Positions 31,075-41,561 of a DNA stretch of 64,000 bases are shown here, in pieces (the stretch's first letter is position 1; every line of letters begins with the position of its first letter). The stretch covers positions 2,272,001 to 2,336,000 of the forward strand of contig OZ219791.1 in NCBI GenBank assembly GCA_964291215.2, read 5' to 3'. A program made the translations under genes and the position numbers. This DNA comes from Alphaproteobacteria bacterium. Lineage in GTDB: Bacteria > Pseudomonadota > Alphaproteobacteria > MPNO01 > UBA830. The notes beneath the pieces were generated by a model that saw only the letters and a list, made by a program, of their open reading frames with translations, had not been told where the DNA came from and did no database searches.

Positions 31075-31891
31075 GGTTCTGTACCCAAATGTTGACATTT
31101 TTGCACGATCTGCCATATCTTGTCGAAAGCGATTCACAAGGAGAATGAGGAATGAGCGGCGACCGACACGACATGAGCGACGCGGAATGGGAAGTTCTCC
31201 GCTCGGTGCTTCCTGACAAGCACCAAGGCCCGGAGCGGGTGCATGACCGGAGGAACGGGATATTCTTCGTGCTTCGCACCGGTACGCCGTGGCGCGACCT
31301 GCGCTACGGTCCGTCTGCTTCAACCGCTTCAACCGGTGGAGCAAGAACGGCACTTGGGCATGGAGAAGCTTCAAAGGCTTACGAGCGGTGATGACGGGAG
31401 CGACGATGGCCCGCCGGTTCATCTGCGCATGGTGAACTCCTCGTCGGTGCGCGTTCACAAGCTGGGGTGTCCCGGGACGACGAGCCTTCGCAAATCGGGC
31501 CGTGGCGGACGAACGACGAAGATCCATCTTGGCGAGAACGAAAGGGTGAAGACCGTGTTCCTGACCCCGGGTCAAGCAGCCGACTGCGCGCAGGCGCTTC
31601 TCGCCGACCTCGGGCGAGACGGTGGTCGGCGACAAGGCCTACGACACCGACGCCATCTGATCGAGACGGCAGGAGCAACCGCGGTCATGAAATCCAACCG
31701 GACATCGCCCCGGCCGCTTGACCGCGAGATCTACAGGATGCGCAACCTGGTCGAGCGGTTCTTCGGTAAGATCAAGGAGTTCCGACGGGTCGCCACCCGT
31801 TATGACAAGGAACTTCCTCTCCGCCGTGCAACTGGCTGCCAGCCGATTCTTGCTCCGCAGAATCGCAAACCAATTATTTGAGTCCACAACC
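31075..31891 (+). mobile_element. IS5-family (IS427-like) element, degraded
   Basis: IRs GGTTCTGTACCCAAAT and rc GGTTGTGGACTCAAAT between CTAGs. Fragments LRTGTPWRDL, RGGRTTKIH, GDKAYD, YRMRNLVERFFGKIKEFRRVATRYDK. Confidence 0.92.
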
Positions 31892-33038
31892 TAGTGTTAT
31901 GTCAGCAATGATATGTCGTACATTTGGTGCTAGACTGTCCGTCCATTCGGGATGGAGGTCGGAGTATGAAACGCTACGTGGTGACCCTGGACGAGGCGGA
32001 ACGGAAAGAACTTTCGGAGATCAAGGGCTCGCACCTGTCGCAAAAGGTAATCAACGCCCTGCTTAACTGCGACGAGGGCGCGTTCAATGAATGCCAGATG
32101 ACCGGGAAGGTCATTGCTGAGATTCTGCGCATCAGCATGCGCAAAGTAGACCGGGTGAAAAAGCGTTTCGAGGGGTTGGAGGCGGCATTGGGTGGCCGGC
32201 AAGGACGCCGTTCTACCTACATGCGAAAAGCCGACGGCACCTTCGAGGCGCGCTTGGTGGCTCTGAGTTGTGGTGAACCGCCTGAGGGTTACGCGCAATG
32301 GTCGTTGCGGCTGCTGGCCAACCGCGTTGTCGAGCTTGGTTACATTGATACCGTGTCACACGAGACGGTGCGGCGTGTTCTAAAAAAACTGCCTCAAGCC
32401 ATGGTAGCGGGTTGGGTGGGTAATTCCTCCTCAAGGGAATGCCGACTTCGCCGCGGCGATGGAGAAGGTGCTCGATGTCTATCGCCGTCCCGCCGCCTTC
32501 CCCGTGGTCTGCATGGACGAAACGCCCCGACCGGCGAGACACGGCAACCGATCGCCATGGCGCCGGGACGGACGTAACGACTACGAGTATCGACGTTGCG
32601 GCACCTGCAACGTCTTCACGGAACCCCTGGCCGGCAAGCGCATGACCAAGGTAACCGAGCGCAAGATCGACTGGGCGCAGTTCCTGGCCGACATCGCCGA
32701 GCGCTACCAGGATGCTACCACCATCACCCTGGTGATGGACAATCTCAACACTCCCCGGCGCCTTCTATGAGGCCTACCCGCCGGACGAGGCCAAGGCCTT
32801 GTGGGACCGCTTCGAGTTCGTCTACACCCCCAAGCACGGCAGTTGGCTGAACGTGGTGGAACTCAACGTCATGATCCGCCTGAACCGCCGCATCGACTGC
32901 ATCGAGGTGTTACGCCGGGAAGTTGCCGCCTGGCAGGCGACCGCATCCAGGCCAAGGTGGATTGGCAGTTCACCACCGACGATGCCCGCGTGAAACTCAA
33001 ACGTCTTTATCCGACATTTGACGAATGACAAGACACTA
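31892..33038 (+). mobile_element. IS630-family element B, degraded
   Basis: IRs CTAGTGTTATGTCA and rc CTAGTGTCTTGTCA. orfA MKRYVVTL...WSLRLLA..SHETVRRVLKK with A7 run; orfB VVCMDETP, LVMDNLNT, YTPKHGSWLN. Confidence 0.92.
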
Positions 33039-33881
33039 GTACCGGACGCTGATTTCGGTCCGCCGGTTGTCAGGATGCCGGGCGCCGTCGGCGGTGTTCA
33101 CAGCCGGCGCGTGTTCGCCGAGCGAGCCGAGGGTCAGCAGGCGTGCCGAGACTCTGGCCTTGACCAGTTCCGCCGCGACAGCATTCGCGCGCCGTTCACC
33201 GAGGCGGATATTGTAGCCGACCGCGCCGGCGCGGTCGGTATGGCCGATCACGGAGACATTCTTGGGCCTGGAGGCAATGATGGCCTTCGCGGCCTCGGCG
33301 ACGGTCGCCTTGGCCTTGGCGCTGAGCGTCGAGGCGTCGAAATCGAAATGCACCACGAAAGACAAGGGTTCCGGCGCCGGCTTCGGCGCTTTCATGACCG
33401 GCGGCTTGTAGCTGACCTTCGCGAGCGCCGTGTAGAAGCCGATGCGGCAGTTATCGATATCGTCAGCCTGGAAGTTCTCTTCCTGCTCTTGCGCCCAGCA
33501 CTCGTACATCGTCTGCGCCCTGGCGGCTTCGCCGGGGATCCGGGTCTTGGCATCACCGGAGAGCGCCTTGACGAGCTTGTCGCGCCCCGCCGATAGCGCC
33601 TTGGCGTTCTTCTTGGTCTGCTGGCGGGCAGCAACTGCTTCCGGCTCTGCCGGCTTGCCGGCCGCCGCGTCGCGCGCGCGGATGGAGAAGGCGTCGCTGT
33701 CGATATAGTCGCCCTCAGCGTATTCGGTTCTTGCGAGCGAAATGTATTGCTTGTAGAGCGTCGTCGAGAACGCATCTCCTGTCGGCTTGACCTTTTCGGC
33801 GTCCGAGAGCTCAAGGCCCATGCAGGCCGTAAGCGACCCTGCCGCGAGAACCGCGACGGCCAGGTTCCAGATATTCTTCAT
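33036..33881 (-). CDS. OmpA-family lipoprotein
   Basis: Lipobox LTAC; C-terminal VHFDFD, GHTDRAG..YN..LGERRANAV, NRRTEI. Confidence 0.92.
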   Translation of the reverse strand: MKNIWNLAVAVLAAGSLTACMGLELSDAEKVKPTGDAFSTTLYKQYISLARTEYAEGDYIDSDAFSIRARDAAAGKPAEPEAVAARQQTKKNAKALSAGRDKLVKALSGDAKTRIPGEAARAQTMYECWAQEQEENFQADDIDNCRIGFYTALAKVSYKPPVMKAPKPAPEPLSFVVHFDFDASTLSAKAKATVAEAAKAIIASRPKNVSVIGHTDRAGAVGYNIRLGERRANAVAAELVKARVSARLLTLGSLGEHAPAVNTADGARHPDNRRTEISVRY

Positions 33882-34049
33882 CGTCAACTCCTTATGCTCC
33901 TAAGGGGCCGCAGCCGAAGTCACGTTGGCATTCTGACCGACTTGCGCCCCCGCCGAATATGATGCGGATCGGGGGATAATACAACATGGCAGTTCAGTTG
34001 ATTTTCTGTGCTGCGGACGGTTTCCACGTGCTGGCTGCGGAGGACAGGC

Positions 34050-35387
34050 TCAGTCGGCGGTCTCTATCGCCGTGCCCAGCATGTCGACGATGCTGCCGAT
34101 CTGTTCCTCGGTAACGACAAGCGGCGGCGATAGCGCGAGCACATCGCCGGCCTGGCGAAGCATCAGCCCGAGTTCGAAACACTCGAGAAAGATGTTGAAG
34201 GCGCGGGCGCCGGGTGCGCCGTCGCGGGGCGCGACCTCGACTGCGCCCATCAGGCCGAGATTCCGGATGTCGACGACATGGTCCAGGCCGCGAAGCGAAT
34301 GGAGCGCGTCCTCCCAGACCGGGGTCAGCGCACGTGCGCGCTCGGTCAGCGATTCCTCGGCGAAGATGTCGAGTGTCGCAAGCCCTGCGGCACAGGCTAG
34401 CGGGTGGGCAGAATAGGTGTAGCCGTGAAACAGCTCGATGGTGTTCGGCGGCCCCTGCATGAACGTGTCGTAGATTTCCTTGCGCACCGCGACCGCGGAC
34501 GCCGGTACGGTGGCGTTCGTCATGCCCTTGGCCATGACGACCATGTCCGGAACGATCCCGAAATGATCGGCGGCGAAGTTCGCCCCCAACCGTCCGAACC
34601 CGGTGATGACCTCGTCGAAGATCAGCAGGATTCCGTGGCGGTTGCAGATCTGCCGCAGCCTTTCCAGATATCCCCTGGGCGGCACCAGAACCCCGGTCGA
34701 ACCGGACACCGGCTCGACAACGACCGCGGCGATCGTCGACGCGTCATGCAGTGCCACGATGTCCTCGAGCTGGTTGGCGCGCTCGGCCCCGGATTCGGGC
34801 TGGCCGCGGCTGAAGGTGGAGCGCCCCGGGTCATGGGTATGCGGGAGATGGTCGACGCCGCTGAGAAGCGTGCCGAACTGTTTGCGGTTGGCGGAAATGC
34901 CGCCGACCGACATGCCGCCGAAGCCGGCGCCGTGATAGCCGCGCTCGCGGCCGATGAGCCGGACCCGGTGGGCCTCGCCGCGCTGGCGGTGGTAGGCGAG
35001 CGCGATCTTGAGCGCCGTGTCCACTGCCTCGGAACCGGAATTGGCGAAGAAGACATGGTCGAGGTTGCCGGGAAGCATCGCCGAGAGCCGCGAAGCAAGG
35101 GCGAAGGCGCCGGGATGACCCCATTGGAAGGTCGGAGCGTAGTCGAGCTGCCCGACCTGCTCGCGCACCGCGGCGATGATCCTCTCCCGCCCGTGTCCGG
35201 CATTGACGCACCACATGCCGGCCGAACCGTCCAGAATCCGGCGGCCGTCATCTGTGATATAGTGCATGCCTTGGGCGGCAACGAGGATGCGCGGAGCCGA
35301 CTTGAACTGGCGGTTCGCTGTGAACGGCATCCAGAAAGGCTCAAGGGTGTTCACTCCGCGCCCTGCAACAGCGTCACTATCGGGCAT
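34050..35387 (-). CDS. Omega-amino acid (beta-alanine)--pyruvate aminotransferase, class III
   Basis: WMPFTANRQFK, SGSEAVDTALK, FDEVITGFGR, AKG, HGYTYSAHP. Confidence 0.93.
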   Translation of the reverse strand: MPDSDAVAGRGVNTLEPFWMPFTANRQFKSAPRILVAAQGMHYITDDGRRILDGSAGMWCVNAGHGRERIIAAVREQVGQLDYAPTFQWGHPGAFALASRLSAMLPGNLDHVFFANSGSEAVDTALKIALAYHRQRGEAHRVRLIGRERGYHGAGFGGMSVGGISANRKQFGTLLSGVDHLPHTHDPGRSTFSRGQPESGAERANQLEDIVALHDASTIAAVVVEPVSGSTGVLVPPRGYLERLRQICNRHGILLIFDEVITGFGRLGANFAADHFGIVPDMVVMAKGMTNATVPASAVAVRKEIYDTFMQGPPNTIELFHGYTYSAHPLACAAGLATLDIFAEESLTERARALTPVWEDALHSLRGLDHVVDIRNLGLMGAVEVAPRDGAPGARAFNIFLECFELGLMLRQAGDVLALSPPLVVTEEQIGSIVDMLGTAIETAD

Positions 35388-35487
35388 CGTCTTCCCTTCG
35401 GGGTTCTTCAATCGAGGCTAGCAATCTCCCGGCTAGCAGGCAAATGTCCCAGGTTGCGAGCGTGGCGCGGGGCGGTTCCGGTAGATC

Positions 35488-36735
35488 ATGGCCCTGAAAT
35501 CCGGCTTCGAATCCATAGCATCCGTATTCTCCGATCGCAATTATCGGATCTTCTCGATCGGGAACATCCTGTCGCACAACGGGACCTGGGCGCAGCGCAC
35601 CGCGGTCCTCTGGCTCACCTGGGAACTCACCCGTTCAGGGTTGTGGCTCGGGCTGGTCAGTGTTGCCGACCTGTTGCCGGTCATGGTCATCGGACCTCTT
35701 GCCGGCGCACTTGCCGATCGGGCGAACCTTCTGACGATGATGAAGGTCACGCAGATCCTCGCCGGCCTGCAGTCGGCCGTCCTCGCTGCGCTCACCCTGG
35801 GCGGCGTGATGACCCCGGAACTTCTTCTTGCGCTGGTCTTCGTGCACGGCGTCATCCTTTCCTTCAACCAGCCGGCGAGGCTGGCGCTGGTCCCGCACCT
35901 CATCCGGCGCCGCAACCTGTCGGCGGCGATCGGCATCAACTCGATGATTTTCAATTCGGCGCGGGCCACCGGCCCGATGATCGGCGGGCTGCTCATCGGA
36001 TCTTACGGCGTCGGCTACGCGTTTGCCTTCAATGCGGCAAGCTATCTGTGGTTTGTGGGTTCGCTCTTTCTCCTGCTGATCGACAACCCGCGAAGCGGCA
36101 CCGGCGCCTCGCGGCGCCTCGGGGACATGCCCCGCGAGATTGCCGACGGCTTCCGCTACGTGCTCGGCCATCCCGGGATCGCGCGGATGCTTGTCATCCT
36201 GTGCGTGGTCTCGGTGTGCGGGCGGCCCTACATGGAACTGCTGTCCGGCTTTGCCGACGAGGTGTTCGGCCGCGGCGCGCAGGGCTACTCGCTCCTTGTT
36301 TCGATGACCGGCCTCGGCGCCATGCTGGGATCGTTGTGGCTTGCCCAGCGCGGGCAGGTGGAGGGACTCACGGCCCGGGTAGTCACCGCCATACTCGTCC
36401 TGTCGCTTTCGCTTGCGGGGTTCGCCGCAACCAACCTGTTCGGGGTTGCGCTGGCTTGCCTGTTCGTTACCGGCTTCGCGGTGATCGTCATCGGAGCTGG
36501 CGAACAGACCCTGCTGCAGAACGCCGTGGATCCCGCAATGCGGGGACGGGTGATGAGCCTCTATGGCATGATCGGCCGCGGCGCGCCTGCGCTCGGGGCT
36601 CTCATCATGGGCGGGCTCGCCGAATCCCTGGGCTTCCAGGCGCCAGTGATCGCGGGAGCATCGATCTGCCTGGTGCTTTGGCACTGGGCGGCGCGGAGGC
36701 GCGATGCCATGGCGCAGGCGCTGGAGGCCGGCTGA
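35488..36735 (+). CDS. MFS transporter (MFS_3/EntS-like)
   Basis: GALADR, FNQPAR, ARATGP, RGRVMS; 12 TM. Confidence 0.88.
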   Translation: MALKSGFESIASVFSDRNYRIFSIGNILSHNGTWAQRTAVLWLTWELTRSGLWLGLVSVADLLPVMVIGPLAGALADRANLLTMMKVTQILAGLQSAVLAALTLGGVMTPELLLALVFVHGVILSFNQPARLALVPHLIRRRNLSAAIGINSMIFNSARATGPMIGGLLIGSYGVGYAFAFNAASYLWFVGSLFLLLIDNPRSGTGASRRLGDMPREIADGFRYVLGHPGIARMLVILCVVSVCGRPYMELLSGFADEVFGRGAQGYSLLVSMTGLGAMLGSLWLAQRGQVEGLTARVVTAILVLSLSLAGFAATNLFGVALACLFVTGFAVIVIGAGEQTLLQNAVDPAMRGRVMSLYGMIGRGAPALGALIMGGLAESLGFQAPVIAGASICLVLWHWAARRRDAMAQALEAG

Positions 36736-36795
36736 CGGCCGATGGCGGCAACGACAACGTTCCCGCCCGGGGCGTGTGTTCCGCGTGCTCAGGTC

Positions 36796-37734
36796 TCAGG
36801 TCCGCGAATCGTTCCCGCCGCCGGTCCGGCGCCCCGCGGTTACCAGCCAGACTCCCGTGAAGATCGTGGCGATTCCCCAGAGATGGAACGGTTCCACGGA
36901 TTCTCCGAGGATGAGGACCGACAGCCCGACGCCGAATACCGGAATCATGTATTGCGCCATTCCGGAGACGTGCGGGCCAACCACGGGAACCGCGCGATTC
37001 CAGCAGATATAGGACAGGAAGGACGGAAAGATCACCGAATAGGCGATGATGCCGATATTGTCCGGTGTCGGCGCGAAGGCCATGCCGCGCCAGAGATCCG
37101 CGACGTAGAGCGGCAGCATCATCAGGACCGCTATTGCGGTTATCGCGACAAGGAACGGGATCTCGCCGATCTCTCTCGGTATCCACCGCAGGATCGCGGT
37201 GTAGACCGCCCATGAGAAGAAGGCGACCAGCACCAGTATGTCGCCGATGTTGAAGGTGAATCCGGCAAGGCGGGAGATATCCGCCCGGAGCACGATGACC
37301 AGCGTTCCGGCCAGTCCGAGCAGAACTCCGATCGCCTGGCGGCGGGTGACCAGGTCGCCGGTCATCAGGAACGTGACGATGACGATCCAGATCGTCCCCG
37401 AGGCATTCATCAGCGTGGCATTGACGGCAACTGTAAACTGGAGGCCGACATAGTAGGGGACTGTGAAGCCGACCACGCCGAACAAGCCGAAGACGGCGAG
37501 AATCGGCAGGTGTCGCGCGATCAGGCGGCGCTGCTGCCAGGTCTCGCGCCAGCCGATGGCGAGAAAGCACAGCAATACGCACGCCCAGCGGATCCAGGAC
37601 AGGGAAAACGGCGGTATGTTGCTTGAGGCCGCGCGTCCGGCGACCGAACTGCCGGCCCAGGAGAGGGCGCTGAACAGGAGAAGGGCAAAGGCGAGAAGCA
37701 GGCGCCCCCGGCCAGGTTCGGCCTGCGGCCTCAT
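36796..37734 (-). CDS. DMT/EamA-family permease
   Basis: Two EamA repeats, 10 TM, FNIGD, PVFG..LILGE. Confidence 0.9.
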   Translation of the reverse strand: MRPQAEPGRGRLLLAFALLLFSALSWAGSSVAGRAASSNIPPFSLSWIRWACVLLCFLAIGWRETWQQRRLIARHLPILAVFGLFGVVGFTVPYYVGLQFTVAVNATLMNASGTIWIVIVTFLMTGDLVTRRQAIGVLLGLAGTLVIVLRADISRLAGFTFNIGDILVLVAFFSWAVYTAILRWIPREIGEIPFLVAITAIAVLMMLPLYVADLWRGMAFAPTPDNIGIIAYSVIFPSFLSYICWNRAVPVVGPHVSGMAQYMIPVFGVGLSVLILGESVEPFHLWGIATIFTGVWLVTAGRRTGGGNDSRT

Positions 37735-37867
37735 TCATGCCTCCCGAACTGTGGCGCGCCGGCTGACCGTTTCGCGGCCTGGCTGACACGAGGAGGTCTC
37801 CGGCGGGTTTCGCCCCCGGAGCCTCCGGTCCCGCATCCTGTCGGCCGCGGGATGCGGTTTCCGGCCG

Positions 37868-39079
37868 CTATAGCGGTTTTCCGCAGGCAAGCCGTGGCAG
37901 GTCGCCTGCGAGCCCCATGGCCTGGCGCATGAACAGCTTCTTGAGGGGACGGGTGTGGTGGACGACGCCGAGCCCCAGATCGCGGGCCAGACGCATGGCC
38001 GGGATTTCGTTCGCAAACAGGCGGTTGAGCGCGTCGGTTGCCGCCAGCATAGCGAGATTGTCGCTGCGCCGCCATTTCTGATAGTGGGCAAGTGCCGGTT
38101 CGAGGCCTGGGTCGAGGCCGATCCTGAGGGTGTCCGTCACGATCTCTGCCAGTGCTGCTATATCGCGAAGGCCGAGATTGAGCCCCTGGCCGGCTATGGG
38201 ATGGATCGCATGGGCGGCGTCGCCGGCCAGCGCGAGACGATGGCTGATGAAGCTTCGGGCGAGGATCGCTGACAGCGGATGATGCCAGCGCCCGGAGCCC
38301 GGCGAAAGCGGCCCGAGGAAGCTGCCGAAGCGAAGCCGCAGCTGTTCGACGAAACCGGTGTCGTCCAGAGACAGGATGGCGTGGGCGCGGGCCGCCCGCT
38401 CCGTCCAAACGATGGACGACCGGTTGCCGGTCATGGGCAGTATCGCGAACGGTCCCGGAGGCAGGAAATGTTCGTGGGCGATGCCGTTGTGGGACAGTTG
38501 GTGATCGACAGAGCACACGATGGCGGTCTGCGGATAGGACCAGCGTACGGCGTCGATTCCCGCAGCGGCGCGTAGAGGCGAGTTGCGCCCGTCCGCGGCA
38601 ACCACCAGCCGTGCTGTGAGACTGTTGCCGTCATCGAGCAGGATGTGCGCGTGCCGTGTGCCGTATTCGACCTTCGTCACCTGCCGGCCGTCCGCGACCA
38701 GGAGATCGGCCCCGGTCACGGCGTACCTGAGGGCCCGGCGTATCGTGGTGTTTTCCACGATCCAGCCGAGCGGACCCTCGGCGAGCTCGTCCTCGTCGAA
38801 ATGCAGGAATAGCGGCGAGGCGCCGTCGGCGACGCGGATTCCGTGAATCGGCTGCGCGTGCGGCGCGATCGCTTGCCAGAGGCCGAGCCCGTCGAGGATG
38901 CGCTGCGACCCGGCCGCGATCGCCGACGCGCGCCCGTCGCGCTCCGGACCGGTGCGCTCGGCCATCCGGGCGCGCTCCACCAGAGCGGTGGCGACGCCAG
39001 CATCGGCAAGGGCGACCGCAAGGCACATCCCGACCATGCCGCCGCCGACGATGATGACCTCTGTCCGGCGTTCCGTCAT
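37868..39079 (-). CDS. ubiH: Ubiquinone biosynthesis FAD hydroxylase (UbiH/UbiL type)
   Basis: GGGMVG, ADGRNS, GDAAHAIHPIAGQGLNLG; divergent from glnK. Confidence 0.88.
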   Translation of the reverse strand: MTERRTEVIIVGGGMVGMCLAVALADAGVATALVERARMAERTGPERDGRASAIAAGSQRILDGLGLWQAIAPHAQPIHGIRVADGASPLFLHFDEDELAEGPLGWIVENTTIRRALRYAVTGADLLVADGRQVTKVEYGTRHAHILLDDGNSLTARLVVAADGRNSPLRAAAGIDAVRWSYPQTAIVCSVDHQLSHNGIAHEHFLPPGPFAILPMTGNRSSIVWTERAARAHAILSLDDTGFVEQLRLRFGSFLGPLSPGSGRWHHPLSAILARSFISHRLALAGDAAHAIHPIAGQGLNLGLRDIAALAEIVTDTLRIGLDPGLEPALAHYQKWRRSDNLAMLAATDALNRLFANEIPAMRLARDLGLGVVHHTRPLKKLFMRQAMGLAGDLPRLACGKPL

Positions 39080-39162
39080 GACGCCGGCATCATATCCCGT
39101 GTGCCGCTCAAGGCAATGACGGCTGCGCCGGCGTGGCGACGGGTTGGCGGGTCTCCGGATGA

Positions 39163-39197
39163 TGCCTAAATCTCATGCATTGCCGGTTTTTTAGGCA
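39163..39197 (+). promoter_or_regulatory. Tandem NtrC-type enhancer sites
   Basis: Two 17-bp TGC-N11-GCA sites, TGCCTAAATCTCATGCA (39163-39179) and TGCCGGTTTTTTAGGCA (39181-39197), about 100 bp upstream of a sigma54 promoter. Confidence 0.7.
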
Positions 39198-39284
39198 GAC
39201 TGAGGGACGGTACCCGGTGCTGCCGGGGCTTGTGGGAAAATTTATTCCTTTGTTTGTAGGGATAAAATCAATTTGTCGCCAACT

Positions 39285-39302
39285 TTGGCACGAAACTTGC
39301 TT
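39285..39302 (+). promoter_or_regulatory. Sigma54 (-24/-12) promoter of glnK-amtB
   Basis: TTGGCACGAAACTTGCTT with exact GG-N10-GC spacing; IHF-like AATCAATTTGTCG at 39266-39278. Confidence 0.9.
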
Positions 39303-39428
39303 CTCCTTTAATGAAACGCTGCGCCGCGTGCTCGAAACCGCTCGCGGCGGCGTGATCCGGTGTGCCGCACGGCGGCGCCCGAAACCGCGGCCCAGGCATT
39401 GCCGGCTGGAAGAACAGGAGGAAACCAC

Positions 39429-39767
39429 ATGAAGTTGATCACCGCGGTCATACAGCACTACAAGCTGGATGATGTCCGACAGGCGCTGACGGAAATCGGC
39501 GTCCAGGGCATGACAGTGGCCGAAGTCCGAGGTTTCGGGCGGCAGCAAGGACACTCGGAGACCTATCGCGGCGCCGAATACACCGTCTCCTTCATACCCA
39601 AGGTCCGTCTCGATGTCGCCGTCGATGACGGCGTTGCTGACAAGGTCGTGGAGGCGGTCCGCCGTTCCGCGAACACCGGAAAGATTGGCGACGGCAAGAT
39701 CTTCATCACGTCGCTGACCGACGCGGTGCGGATCCGCACCGGGGAAACAGGATCCGAAGCGCTCTGA
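39429..39767 (+). CDS. glnK: PII nitrogen regulatory protein
   Basis: 112 aa; GFGRQ, YRGAEY (Tyr51), TGKIGDGKIF, RIRTGE; upstream of amtB. Confidence 0.95.
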   Translation: MKLITAVIQHYKLDDVRQALTEIGVQGMTVAEVRGFGRQQGHSETYRGAEYTVSFIPKVRLDVAVDDGVADKVVEAVRRSANTGKIGDGKIFITSLTDAVRIRTGETGSEAL

Positions 39768-39814
39768 TTTCCGTAAACCCCACACGCAACAGAAAACACC
39801 CTGAAGGACCCAAG

Positions 39815-41188
39815 ATGATGAAAATGTTCTCCAAGTCACGCTGTCTTGCCGTCGCGGCTGCCGCCGCGGTCATGCTGAGTGCCGGCACGGCGCATGCGGC
39901 GATCGATCCAGAGACGGCGTTCGTGTTCAACTCGTTCTCGTTTCTCGTACACGGCTTCCTGGTCATGTTCATGGCCGCAGGGTTCGCCATGCTCGAATCT
40001 GGGCTGGTGCGTTCGAAGAACACGGCTGCCATCTGCCTCAAGAACATCGCGCTCTATTCCATCGCTGGCCTCATGTTCTATATCGTCGGCTACTCGTTGA
40101 TGTATACGGATGTCGGCGCAAGCGGCGGCTGGATCGGCGTGCCGGACATCTTCTACAACCCCGCTGACGCCGAACTTGCCCTGATCAATGCCGACGACGC
40201 GGCGAAGCCGGCGGCCACAGCCGCGCTGGTCAAGGGTGCGGACTATGCCTCGATGTCGGACTGGTTCTTCCAGATGGTGTTCGTCGCAACCGCGGCGTCG
40301 ATCGTGTCGGGCACCCTTGCGGAGCGCATCAGGGTCTGGCCGTTCCTGATCTTCGTCGTCGTGCTCACGGCGGTGATCTATCCGGTGCAGGGCGCCTGGG
40401 TGTGGGGTGCCGGCTGGCTCAGCGAGATGGGTTTCTCGGATTTTGCAGGCTCGACCCTGGTTCATTCGACCGGCGGCTGGGCGGCTCTTGCCGGCGCACT
40501 GATTCTCGGCGCGCGCCGCGGCAAGTACGGCCCCGACGGCCAGGTCAATCCATTGCCAGGCGCCAATCTGCCGCTTGCGACACTCGGCACGTTCGTGCTG
40601 TGGTTCGGCTGGTTCGGATTTAACGGCGGTTCACAGCTGGCCTTGGGTTCGGCTCTTGACGTGTCCGCGATGGCGATCGTCTATGTCAACACCAATCTTG
40701 CCGCCGCCGCCGGCGTGGTTGTCGCGATGGCCATGGCCCGGGTGATGTACGGCAAGATGGATCTCACCCTGTGCCTCAACGGTGCGATCGGCGGGCTTGT
40801 CGCGATCACCGCCGGTCCGGACCTCCAGAATCACGCGCTGGCGGCAATCATCGGTGGCATCGGTGGTGCGCTGGTGGTGCTGACGGTGCCGTTGCTCGAC
40901 AGGCTGAGGATAGATGATGTTGTTGGCGCCATCCCGGCGCATCTGGTGTGCGGCATCTGGGGCACACTGGCCGTCGGAATTTTCGGTGGCAGCAGCTTCC
41001 TTGTGCAGCTTGCCGGCATCGTCGCCATCGGTATCTTCGTCTTTGCCGCGAGTTCCGTCATGTGGTTGATTCTCAAGAGCACGATGGGCATCCGGCTCGA
41101 CGAGGAGCAGGAACTTGGCGGCGTCGACCGTAGCGAACTCGGTCTTGAGGCCTATCCCGAGTTCGGCCGCGGCTCGATGATCAGCTGA
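39815..41188 (+). CDS. amtB: Ammonium transporter
   Basis: Signal peptide; FFQMVF, DFAGSTLVH, WFGWFGFNGGS, DDVVGAIPAH (twin His). Confidence 0.97.
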   Translation: MMKMFSKSRCLAVAAAAAVMLSAGTAHAAIDPETAFVFNSFSFLVHGFLVMFMAAGFAMLESGLVRSKNTAAICLKNIALYSIAGLMFYIVGYSLMYTDVGASGGWIGVPDIFYNPADAELALINADDAAKPAATAALVKGADYASMSDWFFQMVFVATAASIVSGTLAERIRVWPFLIFVVVLTAVIYPVQGAWVWGAGWLSEMGFSDFAGSTLVHSTGGWAALAGALILGARRGKYGPDGQVNPLPGANLPLATLGTFVLWFGWFGFNGGSQLALGSALDVSAMAIVYVNTNLAAAAGVVVAMAMARVMYGKMDLTLCLNGAIGGLVAITAGPDLQNHALAAIIGGIGGALVVLTVPLLDRLRIDDVVGAIPAHLVCGIWGTLAVGIFGGSSFLVQLAGIVAIGIFVFAASSVMWLILKSTMGIRLDEEQELGGVDRSELGLEAYPEFGRGSMIS

Positions 41189-41202
41189 GCCTTCGCCCCA
41201 AT

Positions 41203-41232
41203 GAAGCCCGGCGGTGCCTGCCGTCGGGCTTC
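41203..41232 (+). terminator. Stem-loop after amtB
   Basis: GAAGCCCGGCGG-6nt-CCGTCGGGCTTC, 14 nt after the stop. Confidence 0.6.
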
Positions 41233-41561
41233 GGTCCTCCGCTCGCTTGCGGGGTAGCATCCGGGCGCCTTCTCCGCCTTGATCCGGGGTTGCAACGGAT
41301 CAGATGCGGGGTCAGGAATCAGCAGTGCGGGTTCCTGACATATCTCGTGCGCGTGTCCGGGATCGGCGGGCCGGATGATCCTGCGGGCCGGAGACGGTGC
41401 ACCGGTTCCGAATAGCCGCCTCCGTGGCGGCCGGGGCTCGCCGTCCTGCTTGCATGGCCCCTGTGGAACGGATAGGTCTGAACGGACTGCCCTTGAAACC
41501 GCAGGCTTCCGGGGCCCGCAGGGGCGCCGGCCGGGCGTGCGAACAGGCAAGGCGGATTTCC

